A DNA stretch of 60,621 bases, the filler included, from Nemertoderma westbladi (lineage: Eukaryota; Animalia; Xenacoelomorpha), in the NCBI GenBank assembly GCA_032718475.1. It is 3 parts of 3 records of this genome, joined end to end, with 100 filler letters (N's around TTAATTAATTAA, not from the genome) between each part and the next. Parts side by side here need not be neighbours in the genome. Positions count along the whole stretch, not along the records: positions 1 to 25,625 come from JAUCBJ010005198.1; 2 more parts are not named here. The stretch is one strand, 5' to 3'. Shown piece after piece: positions 13,009 to 24,400 of the stretch; the first letter of the stretch is position 1; the number at the start of each line of letters is the position of its first letter. A model generated the notes under the pieces. The model ran no database searches. It was not told the DNA's origin and worked only from the letters and a program-made list of their open reading frames with translations. The translations under genes were made by a program, and so were the position numbers.

Positions 13009-13935
13009 CCCTATTAAACCCCGGGGGGGGGGGGGGGGGGGGGGTCATATTGTCATATTGTGGTTTTTTGTTATAATTCTGAAACAAACGCAGTTGGGAA
13101 TCTGAAATTTTAAGACTTTTCTTAAAATCTATTGTCTTCCTAGTAGTGAAAGTCATTTTCAAAAATATCAGGTAGTTTTCAAGTTATAGTACCATTTTCT
13201 AACCCTACTTTTGGCGCTTTTTTTTGAGACGTTTTTTTTAAAATTACATTTCATTAAATATGATTTGTAACATCTCTATTTTTGATTTACTTCGGTTTTT
13301 TGGTGTTAGCAATTGGATGGAATTCATATAAATTGATTTAGGAATGTCAAACTTGTTTTTTTTCGGCGGGTGCCAAATTTTGGTGCCAGCACCAAATTTT
13401 GAAATTGTCACTTTTGTAAATTGATTGTTTGAAACTTGTTTATTACGCAATTGGGGTTTTTTTGGGTTCTGGTTTCGATGGAATATATACGAGTTGCACC
13501 AAGCGCATCAAATATGTATTTTTCGGTGCTGTGTGCAAATTTTGGTGCAAGCACGAAATTTTGAAAATCCATTCAATAGATAAAATTGCTTGTGACAATT
13601 TATTTCTTGCGATTTAGAGGTTTATGGCTGTTCTGAATTCAATGGAATATATAATTATCGAACTAGACATCTCTAACTTGTATTTTTCGGAAGTGGGTGC
13701 AAAATGTGGTGCTACTGTAGAACCAAATTTTTAAAACCATCAAATATATCAATTGATTGTGTCACCTTGTTTCTTGCGTATTCAGGTTTGTGAGGGTTCT
13801 GAATTCAATGGAATCAGTAAAAATTTCATAAGAGTTTCCAAACTTGTATTTTTCGCCGGTGGGTGAAAATTGTTGTGCCAGCACCAAATTTTTGAAAATA
13901 AGCAAATTGATCAGTAGATAGTATCATCTTGTTTT
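13009..13935 (+). mobile_element. piggyBac-like non-autonomous element, left part (interrupted; a short piece resumes near 15111)
   Basis: TTAA at 13005-13008, then CCCTATTAAACCC terminus. Collinear with the element starting at 35067; internal roughly 125-bp repeats. Confidence 0.8.
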
Positions 13936-14247
13936 TTAAGATGTGTTATAACATCGATGGACTGTATTTATTACATTATTATACCTTTACATCAATGTGA
14001 CGGCTTGTAGTATATTTTCTGCTGTTTGGAGAATCAAACAACGAGCTGCATCAGAATTATAATACTGCATTCTATAAGTGTTGGTTGCAGTTCAATTACA
14101 GGAATATTATTCTTCAGAATTAAATACATCATTAGCAGGCTTGTGTGAATTACTTACTGTGTTAGTTTAATATGTGAAATCGCCACATAGACAACAGATG
14201 GTTAACTATGTAAATAATAGCATGGCTATCAATATTTATGAGGCCTT

Positions 14248-15027
14248 AATTATAATTGCAACTAATTTGTAATTGATTCAGCTGTTTGATTACCGGCGCA
14301 GCTGAATGCTACTGGGCCTTTCTAATCGTGATATGTAGAGTTGGTATATATGGGAAATAATATAAAAGTCTAATTGTAAAATCTGTCGCAATAATGTTCT
14401 GAATTCTGATTGAGATTTCTGCTTCTACATATTACAATAAATTATAATTGCAACTAATTTGTAATTGTTTCAGCTGTTTGATTACCGATGCAGCTGAATG
14501 CTACTGGGCCTTTCTAATCGTGATATGTAGAGTTGGTATATATGGGAAATACTGTAATATAAAAGTCTAATTGTAAAATCTGTCGCAATAATGTTCTGAA
14601 TTCTGATTGAGATTTCTGCTTCTACATATTACAATAAATTATAATTGCAACTAATTTGTAATTGTTTCAGCTGTTTGATTACCGATGCAGCTGAATGCTA
14701 CTGGGCCTTTCTAATCGTGATATGTAGAGTTGGTATATATGGGAAATAATATAAAAGTCTAATTGTAAAATCTGTCGCAATAATGTTCTGAATTCTGATT
14801 GAGATTTCTGCTTCTACATATTACAATAAATTATAATTGCAACTAATTTGTAATTGTTTCAGCTGTTTGATTACCGATGCAGCTGAATGCTACTGGGCCT
14901 TTCTAATCGTGATATGTAGAGTTGGTATATATGGGAAATACTGTAATATAAAAGTCTAATTGTAAAATCTGTCGCAATAATGTTCTGAATTCTGATTGAG
15001 ATTTCTGCTTCTACATATTACAATAAA
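14248..15027. repeat. Tandem repeat, four units alternating 192/197 bp
   Basis: Unit starts at 14248, 14440, 14637 and 14829; 5-bp insertion in units 2 and 4. Confidence 0.92.
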
Positions 15028-16289
15028 GTAAAAAGTACATCTTCAGCTTGAGCTTGAGCACTTTACAAGACCAAGTTACCAAAATGATGCCGCCATTGGG
15101 TTTATAACTAGTTTCTTGCGTTATACGGGTTTGTGATTACGGATTTATACGGGTTAAATTAAACCAAAACTTGTACGTATGCACTCTCGTGCTGCGCGAA
15201 GTCCCCACGAACGTGTTTATCACGATTATACAGTAGTATTTGGTAATAAAATTTCTGTATACAGTAGGCCTAGGAGCTAAATTATGGACGTGAACCAATC
15301 ACATCCGACCATATAATTTGATATGCGCAGTTGCAGTATGACTGTATGATGTAGCCTACAGTATTAACCAATTAGGACATCTGTGATACTTGCACCATAT
15401 GGCAGTTATACAATGTGCTCGTGTGTGTTGGTTCAGTAATAAGTTTCTGGACATCTTCTTTCTGCAACATTTAAATACTGTAACCCTTGCTCTAATAAGT
15501 AATAAACATCAGTGCCTTCTAACAGTAACAGACTAACTACAACTGTACAGTAGCTACTGTAATTTACTACACTATAGCAGTAGGCCTATACTGTAGTACA
15601 GTAGAAAGACGGCGGTCAGGCAGTAGTGGCAGTAGTAGTGGTGAAAATTGATTGGAACTTATAAGTATTTATTATTATAATAGTACCTACACGCTTATTA
15701 AGCAGTTATGTACATATTATTATTTACAGTATGTCATTCTACTGTTCTACTGTATATGTGCAAAATTAATATTTTATTGTTATTCTGGCGATATTAATAA
15801 CATATAACATAACTGAAAATATCCCCGTCTTCTGGTCTTGTGTGGAATCTAGTAAGAAGTTGGGGACACAAGTTGCCTCACGTTTGAGGCGCGGGCCTGA
15901 GTAACAGGGTATATTTGGCCAATATTTACCACTGTCAGACTGTACGAGTACACCATGCCCTGGCCTCTGGTCCCTGGACCTGGAATATACTATAGTGTTG
16001 TCATTCTAGATTCTCCAATCCAGTCCAGATTATTATGATATCTCCAGTTACCATGGCGCGTTCTTCATTCCAGAATATGTAATATTGTAGCAGGCCTATT
16101 ATAATATCATATCGCAATAATTTTTTTCTTGTCCGTTTAAATCACTCATAATGTCCTTTTTTGACTTTTTATGTACACCAGAAATCCACCGTTAGGTTCC
16201 ATGCTACCGGTTTCTCTACTGCTGTTCTCTTAGGCTATTAGTATATAGAGCAGTATTTTGCAGTATTGCTGTATTGTCTGTAGGTATAA

Positions 16290-17230
16290 AGCCCGCCTCT
16301 GTAACCTGCTCCTTTCCTTCATTTGGTAAAGTGACTGTTTATTGTTTTGGTTAGAAAATCCCGCCTCTGTGACCTGCTCCTTTCCCTCAATTGGTAATGT
16401 TATTGTTTATTGTTATAGTTAGGAAAGACCATCTTTGTAACCTGCTCCTTTCCTTCATTTGGTAAAGTGACTGTTTATTGTTTTGGTTAGAACATTCCGC
16501 CTCTGTAACCTGCTCCTTTCTCTCAATTTGTTAATAAGTGATCGTTTATTGTTTTGGTTAGAAAATCCTGCCCCTCTGTAACCTGCTCCTTTCCCTGATT
16601 TGGTAAAGTGACAGTTTATTGTTTTGGTTAGAAAATTCAGCCTCTGTAACCTGCTCCTTTCCCTCAATTAGTTAATAAGTGATCGTTTATTGTTTTGGTT
16701 AGAAAATCCCGCCTCTGTAACATGCTCCCTTCCTTCATTTGGTAAAGTGACTGTTTATTGTTTTGGTTAGAAAATCCCGCCTCTGTAACCTGCTCCTTTC
16801 GCTCAATTATATAGTTAATTGATTGATTTATTGTTTTGGTTAGAAAATCCCGCCTCTGTAACCTGCCCCTTTCCCTGATTTGGTAAAGTGACCGTTTATT
16901 GTTTTGGTTAGAAAGGCCCGCCTCTGTAACATACTCCTTTCCTTCATTTGGTAAAGAGACTGTTTATTGTTTTGGTTAGAAAATCCCGCCTCTGTAATAA
17001 CATGCTCCTTTCGCTCAATTATATAGTTAATTGATTGATTTATTGTTTTGGTTAGAAAATCCCGCCTCCTGTAACCTGCCCCTTTCCCTGATTTGGTAAA
17101 GTGACCGTTTATTGTTTTGGTTAGAAAGGCCCGCCTCTGTAACCTACTCCTTTCCTTCATTTGGTAAAGAGACTGTTTATTGTTTTGGTTAGAAAATCCG
17201 GCCTCTCTAACCTGTTCCTTTCCATCAATT
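16290..17230. repeat. Diverged tandem repeat of about 68 bp (about 14 units)
   Basis: cccgcctctgtaacctgctcctttcc...gtttattgttttggttagaaaat repeated. Confidence 0.92.
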
Positions 17231-17648
17231 GTTAATTGTTTTTGGCTATAAAATGAGTGTTTTAAAACACATTAGCAATTAAAACACAGTAGCAAATTCT
17301 ACGTCATATGGTAATCGATTAACAACAACAACCACAAACGATTAAATTTAGTAAACTCTTTTACCTTTTTAAACTATTTTACCACAGGCGCATATGGAAA
17401 TCTATCTCATAGTCCATAAATCATGGAATTTTGAATGTTTGGCCACAATTATTGTAAATTAAACTGTCTGACAGTCAAGAAATCATCAAATTTTGAATGT
17501 TCTGGTGGCAGGCGTAGTGAAATCGACTGTCCAGCTGTCTGACAGTCCAGAAATCAGCTCAGCAGTCTGACAGTTTGAAGAAATACATACATAAAAAGTC
17601 ATTAAAGGGACAACAAAAGTCAGTATGCACAATTCGTAAAAAAAGGCG

Positions 17649-17714
17649 GGGTAAATCTTTTCGACCTACGCGTAGGCCTACGCGTAGCTACGCGTAGTTC
17701 GAAAAGATTTACCC
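17649..17714. repeat. 66-bp palindrome (mini-MITE-like) with three internal CTACGCGTAG palindromes
   Basis: GGGTAAATCTTTTCGA ... TCGAAAAGATTTACCC. Confidence 0.75.
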
Positions 17715-17938
17715 AAATAAAAGGACATAAAAAATCACTGCCTAAAATATCATATTACAGTCCCACAGTATTACATACCTGCATACCGGTATTATTACTG
17801 TATTACCGCTACCGGCTGATCTGTACTATTTCCAGATTTATTTCATATTTTGACATTCTCTTTACAGCTTTACCTGTTTACGTTACCTCAGTACCTACCG
17901 GTACATACAGGCGTAGGCCTGCACGCACATTGCACATT

Positions 17939-18796
17939 ATGTCATCGTTGGTAAATCCCAAAGGGCAGAAGTACGTGGTCTGCCCCTACAATGATTCCCA
18001 TCTTATTACGGAGGCGAGGTTTCCTTACCACATCAGTAAATGTAAAAAGAACTCCATCATTGAGCTAATCAAGTGCCCGTTTAACAGCCGCCACTTGTAT
18101 CCAGCTGTCGAGATGCAGTCCCACACGGCAAACTGCGAAGACCGGGTGCAGATTTTGGGGCAAATGCAAAGGTCTGAGATAAGCGAAAGAGCATCAACGG
18201 CTTCGGGGGGATGGGAAGCTACAAGGATCACGGACGAACCGTGTTGGGATGAAGAACCCCAGGGGGCTGCGGTAAGACGGAGCAACCTGACGGAGGGTAC
18301 CGGTACCGATAGCGACGATGACGACTACATGCCGGTGCACTACGTTAGTCTACCGCGAACGGGAAATAGCGGTACCGGTATCGGTGGTCGAGGAGGTAAT
18401 TATGACGAAGTTTTTTCTTCGTTTCCGGAAGCTCCGAGAGCTTTGGGAAGAGGTGTTAGACCTTTCATCTCGCATCCTCCGGGGTTTCCATCCGCGCAGG
18501 GACCCGTTCTGCCTCTGGGTATGGGTAACGCGCCCCCACCGGGGTTGGCCGACACGCGGGGCGTTGTGGGTAGGGGTATGGGCATCGCGTCGCCCCGGGT
18601 TAAACCCACGCCAGGCCCTGTGTCTGCGGGTAGGGGCTTTGCGGCGCCTCCGCCCGGGTTAGGAGACACTCTGGGCGCTGTGTCTCTGGGTAGGGGTATA
18701 GCGCCCGCGTTTTCACCCCATAGGTTGGGTCGAGGTCGTGGAGTTGTTCTTCTTCCTGGAGGGGATGCTTTGATGCCTCCATCGGCTTTCAATTAG
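17939..18796 (+). CDS. GTSF1: Gametocyte-specific factor 1 (GTSF1/Asterix)-like, two CHHC zinc fingers, G/P/R-rich tail
   Basis: CPYNDSH...RFPYHISKC and CPFNSRH...HTANC (U11-48K-type CHHC fingers), acidic Trp motifs GGWE and CWDEE, AATAAA near 18977; 285 aa from the ATG at 17939. Confidence 0.88.
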   Translation: MSSLVNPKGQKYVVCPYNDSHLITEARFPYHISKCKKNSIIELIKCPFNSRHLYPAVEMQSHTANCEDRVQILGQMQRSEISERASTASGGWEATRITDEPCWDEEPQGAAVRRSNLTEGTGTDSDDDDYMPVHYVSLPRTGNSGTGIGGRGGNYDEVFSSFPEAPRALGRGVRPFISHPPGFPSAQGPVLPLGMGNAPPPGLADTRGVVGRGMGIASPRVKPTPGPVSAGRGFAAPPPGLGDTLGAVSLGRGIAPAFSPHRLGRGRGVVLLPGGDALMPPSAFN

Positions 18797-20454
18797 AGAC
18801 GATCCTTTCTGCCCTGCAAAATGGTTGTGAAATTGGTATTCAGCAAATCGAAATACTTATATCCTTTGCCTTTGTGTTTGCATCATATTTTTATGTATAA
18901 ATCATTCACAGATGAATTATACTAACTGACTCATACTGTATTATTGCATTTTATTGTTGTTTTTAGTTTTAGATGTAATAAATGCATTGGCATTACTTCA
19001 CCTTGGGTACCTATTTCTGTATTTATTGACGAATTTTGTTCATATGAAAATGGGTTTTATCATGAGATTTGTTGATGTGGAACAAACATTTGACCTTCTG
19101 ACAGTAAGATGGTAGCCAGTACTAGCTCGTGAAAAAAATTAATATAATAATTTAATCCTCAATTAAATTTCTCTAAAATATTTATGAGTCATGGTAGTTA
19201 GTAATTTTTATTAGATAGTCAGTTTAGAAAGTATTTTTTTTTTTACTTTTTTTAAATTTTTTTTAGTTTTTTTTACTCAACATAGATGCCAAAATAGTTT
19301 TTAAAATTCAGAAAGGTAAATTTTATTCATTTTTTTCCTATAACGATTCCTTTACGGGTATTTTTTTTCAAAAAAATTTTCTAGAACAAAAAATGTGTTT
19401 TAGAACCTTAAGTGATAACTAGCATGTTCTAGAACATTTAAAAAGAGCTAGTTTAAAATATTTATGCTTTTTTTAAAATAAAATGTTCTAGAATAGGCCT
19501 ATATTTTTCTTAATTGTTAAATAAAATGTTCTAGAACATTTAGCGCTCATGTAATATTAATAATTTATAGTATAATTGTAAATACTATCTAGTATAAAAT
19601 GTCTGTCTATCTATGGGTTTACCCAATGTCTAGTAATGCCTATGTATTTATGGTTTGTGTTGGTTATTAGTGTTTCGGTTAGTGTTTTTTATATAATGTT
19701 CCTGGAAGGCTTAAGATGATTTGGTATCTCTTTCTTAATTAATTAATTAATTGTTACGTTCAATTAAATATCGGTCATTCCTCCTTACGCAGTGGTTGTG
19801 ATAATTCGCGGGCGGCAATTCAAAATTGCACTCATAATTGCGTTTTTTGTTGCTATACTAATAAACTGTTACGTAAATATTAAACTGCAGGTTGCAACGT
19901 TTATATCTGAAATATTAATGATTATTTTAAATCGAGCAAAGTGTTGTATTGGGTGGATTTTAATTTTCGAAAATTAATTTTTCCACAAATCTTATTGAGA
20001 TTGTATGAAATTTAAAACAGAGATAGTTTCACCTCCCTCCTCCTCCTTAGTGGGTGAGCCAGAATTTTTATTTTTGCTTTCATTTTTTAGTTACAAGCGT
20101 TTGAATAATGTGTCTCCGTCGCTATTGTACCAGTCGCTGCAGTTATTCTCCAACCTTATAGAGATTTGTTGGTACAGTTAGAAATGGTACACAAATATTC
20201 TGGAACATTTTGTTTTATGTGAATGAATAGCTATGTACTAATATTAATATTATTATTGACGTTTGCAAAAATAAGAATGAAAGTGATAATATAAATTCTG
20301 CCTCACCCGGTCAGTGGTCGGGAAGTGAAACTCTCTCTGTTTTAAATTTCATGCAATCTCATTAAGAATTACTGTGTATAAAAATTGGGGTGTCGGGGGG
20401 GGGGGGGGGGGGGGGGGGTGTACCTGAATAATGACACTGTATTCAAGGACATGG

Positions 20455-20612
20455 TGTAGAAAGTCAGACGAAGACCTTCGGATACGTTAGGGGAAGATGG
20501 GTAGGCACTTGAACGGAACCGCCTCCGCTTTGCAGGACATTGCTTTCGCCGTGAGGAGCAGCCAGTGCATAACCTTGTGCTTTGGCGCCCTCATGGAGCG
20601 GATAAGCATTAG
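20455..20612 (+). mobile_element. Short degenerate RTE fragments
   Basis: gaagaccttcggatacg and cgcctccgctttgcaggacattgctttcgccgtgagga match the RTE 3' region. Confidence 0.7.
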
Positions 20613-21464
20613 GGCGGTGCGTTTTTTACTTTTTTTTCGATTTCATTGTTCTGCGCAAAACTTGCCAAATGATAAGAAATTAAGGCAAAAAAATGTCTCT
20701 AAATTTCATCGATATCTTGACGGATCCCAAGGGGGTTGAAATTTTTTCTCTTCGCGATGCACCACAACGAAATTTATAAAAATATAACACATTAATGAAA
20801 GAGCAATAACTCAAGAAAGAACTTCCTGCATGATTCAAATATCATCAAATGGGTCCAAACTTAACAAAATTTTTATTTTGGGATCAGGGGAACTAGTGCC
20901 ACAGGCACATGGCCAGAACCTACCCTTTGGCGCAAGTGACTCTTATTTTCAATTTTCGCGATGTACAATTTCTTAGTTCCCCTACTGATATTATGCTCAT
21001 TAGAACCGCAATGGCCGATTTAGTGGGGTAGACCTAGACATCTTCCATACAAATGTAAAGTGAATAGTTCTTGAGATATCACAGAAAATGTGAAGTTCCC
21101 ATTAATTACCGCCTTGATGCGATATGGACAAATAAATACACTAAGATGATACTTTGAATTATCTCAAGGAATCAAGAATAGACACAAATACATCACAGAA
21201 ATGATCGATGTATGGTGTAGACACCTTTAAAGTAAGAGTAGAGTCTATTGGGGCTCGAACCCGGTACCTAGGTTTCAAACTTCCGGTTATCATCAGCCGG
21301 GTGTGTGTACTGACCTACCGGTGAAGATTTCTTTATGGAGTGGGATATCATATTTAGGCCAACTAATCACTCGAAGGAAAGTACAACGTTATTCCCGTGC
21401 TCTGCCAGAAATGGCAACCATGCCTCAAATAATAACTATTATTAGGAGCCCGCTCAAAGGGCAA

Positions 21465-24400
21465 CTACTAGGATCGGCATGCTGCATTGCAGCTGCATTT
21501 TTAAGAATGCTGTGCCGGCTTATCGACAAAATTGCACCGCCACAACTCCCTATCACCCATGACATTTGCTAGATCATCCGCATCTTCAAGGCCAGTGTCC
21601 TTTAAGATGCGTCTCAAGAAAGTCATGGGCTGTCCACCATGCTTATTCACTCCATGAGGCTGCCAAAGTACAAGATTATGCACTGGCTGGTCCTCACGAC
21701 GAAAGCAATGTCCTGCAAAGCGGAGGCGATTTTGTTCTAGTGTCAAGCTTGGGGGAACCAATGAGACACCTCCAATGTTATATAGTGTCTGGTTGGAGAT
21801 GTGTGCATTGAACTTGACACAATGAACCCGGCGTAGCATTCTTGTGAATGTGCCATCCAGAGATTTGGTGTCCTCAGCAGTTAGAGCCCAGCATGGACTC
21901 CCATAGAGGAGTACTGGAACTACTGCTGCTCTAAATAACCGGACCTTAAGTTTCCGATTAATTCTCGGTGACTTCCAAATCCTGGAAAGCCTATTCAAGG
22001 CTGCCCATGTCTTTCCCTTACGTATTCGAAGGTCCTCACCTGACTTCCGGATCCATGATCCCAGGTAACAGAAGTCATCCACATGCTCAAGCATACCATC
22101 TTTTGAGCTTATGCTCATCCGATCAGAGACTTGCTGAGGACTTTCAAAGTTAACTGTCAAAATTTTGGTCTTTCTGGAGTTAATAAAAAGACCAACACTA
22201 GAAGCAGCATGTTCTAAAGAGCTGAGGAGCCGTTGGGCTCCCTCTAGTGATTCTGAGAGTACTCCTAAGTCATCAGCAAAGTCTAGATCAGTTAGGTACT
22301 TGGCAGGATTTCCTCGACTTCTGGAGCCAGTAGGTGGAGTTATCATCACCCCATCATCATTATGATGATCTAAGGACATGCGTAGAACATAGTCAACAAC
22401 AATTATGAACAAGAATGGTGCAAGTGTGTCTCCCTGGAGGACGCCCCATAACACTTCAAATGGTTCTGTGTCACCGTCAACAGTAGACACAAATGTTGTC
22501 GAACCATCGTATACTGATCTGATTGCTGCAATAATTTCATCAGGAATCCCATATAATGAAAGTATGCTGAGCATACGTGAGCGAGAGACTGAATCAAAGG
22601 CCTTGAAGAAGTCAACAAAGATAACAGCCAGATGCCTGTCTTTCTTTTTTGATAACTCTTCAATTATCCTTCTAAGTGCCAAAATGGGCTCCATGGTCCC
22701 ACGACCTTTACGGAACCCATTCTGATTTCCACGGAGCAGTCTCTCAATGGGATCTCTGATGCGATTTAATAGAATTCTATTGTATAGCTTTGCAGCAATT
22801 GAGATCAATGAGATTCCCCGAAAAGAACCATAGAGTGTTAGGTTGCCCTTCTTGGGAACTGGCACCAACTTATTTGTTTTCATTTCTTGTGGGACTCTTG
22901 TTGTACGGTACATGTCTACTATGATGGGATAGATGAGCTTTAAACACTCAGGTATTTTAAAGACCTCAGGGGGAACACCATCTACTCCACTGGCACGATT
23001 GCTCTTAATGCTCTTTGCAGCAGCCTTCACTTCTGCAAAGGAGATATCACCAATGGGAATATCTGGGAGTACAGACTCAGACACTTTTACTTCTATAAAG
23101 TTATCAGGCAATACCCTGTCATTATTGAGGAGCTTTTCAAAGTGGGCCTTCCAACCATTGAGGCGATCGGCTGGTGATTCAGCCTTAACCTTGGTGGTTG
23201 GTTGGCTTTTTCGACCAGCAAGCAAGTTGATCGATCTCCATGCCTGGGATGATTGCCTGCTGTTGTCAGCATCATTGATGGCATCAACCTGTTGGTTTAT
23301 TAGCTCCTGTAAATTAACCGAGTACTGCCTGTTCAGGGACCTAGATGCAGCCTTAACTGCATTCTTGGCCGCTGTAGTCTGTTTGAGTCGGGACTCTTTC
23401 TGCGCCTTATAGAGGTCATTTCGGCACTTCTGAATTTTGTTGTCAGTCCAGGGGGCCCGTTTCCTGTTTCGAGGGTATACAGGAACTGTTTCTGCAGGTG
23501 CTAACTTAACTGCCTCTGTGAAGGCAGTATAGCCCTCACAGTGATCTGCCGCCTCAGAGGCAAGAGCCTCATACCTGTTGCTCAGCTGTAGTGTGAAGCT
23601 GGATCTCACACTTGGCTGTTGCAACAGAGAGGACCAGTCATGCCGCGGCAAGGCAGATTTCGTTGTTCTGCTAGCACGCAGACTAAGTCTTACCTTGGCC
23701 ACAATAAGGCGGTGATCACTGGAGAAGGGTCGTAGTGTAAATGCATTGCAGTCTTGTATAGAGCTCCTGTATTTCCTACGAAAAAGGATATGGTCTATCT
23801 GGGACTTGTGACCACTGGGTCCACTATGAGTCCATAGCTTTCCAGTTCGCTTCTTGAACTGGGTTCCAGCCGAAAACAATCCATTTCCAGAGATAAAATC
23901 CTGAAGATGGATGGAATTTCGGTTAACACTATTGCTATAGACCCAGGGCGATGTAGGTGATTGATGCAGACTTGCATTAAAGTCTCCCAGGAATGTTAAG
24001 AATGCATGCTGATCCACTCCATCAGTAGCTGCTTGTAGATTCTGGTAGAAATTTTCCACCTCCTCACTAGTTGGAGAGTAGCACACAATCAGAACCACCT
24101 TAGGAAACTTCTTAGCCAGTCTTCCAAAACATGAGAAGTGGCAACGGATGATGCGGTTAGAGATTTGGTCTATTTTGTCCAATGCTGCATGTGCAGTTGG
24201 ATTCATCAATAGACCAATTCCACCATTGCCACTATCATCTGCTGACGCGAGGGCGAGTCGCCAACCGCCCCCCATGTCTTTAATCAGAACCTCATCAGTC
24301 TGTCCAGTCTGCATTCGGTGCTCTTGAACACCCACTGCACTAAGAGAAAGCTTATCTGCCAAGGCAGTCAGCTCACCTTGACGCATTGGGGACCCGAGTG

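Noticed and set aside
16455-17160. ORFs in the 68-bp array
   Set aside because: Translations of tandem repeat DNA.
18025-18792. Overlapping alternative-frame ORFs within GTSF1
   Set aside because: By-product of GC-rich low-complexity coding sequence.
21566-23412. Recurrent antisense ORFs over RTE copies (e.g. MNKNGASV..., MSFKHSG...)
   Set aside because: Shadow frames that recur only because the copies are nearly identical.
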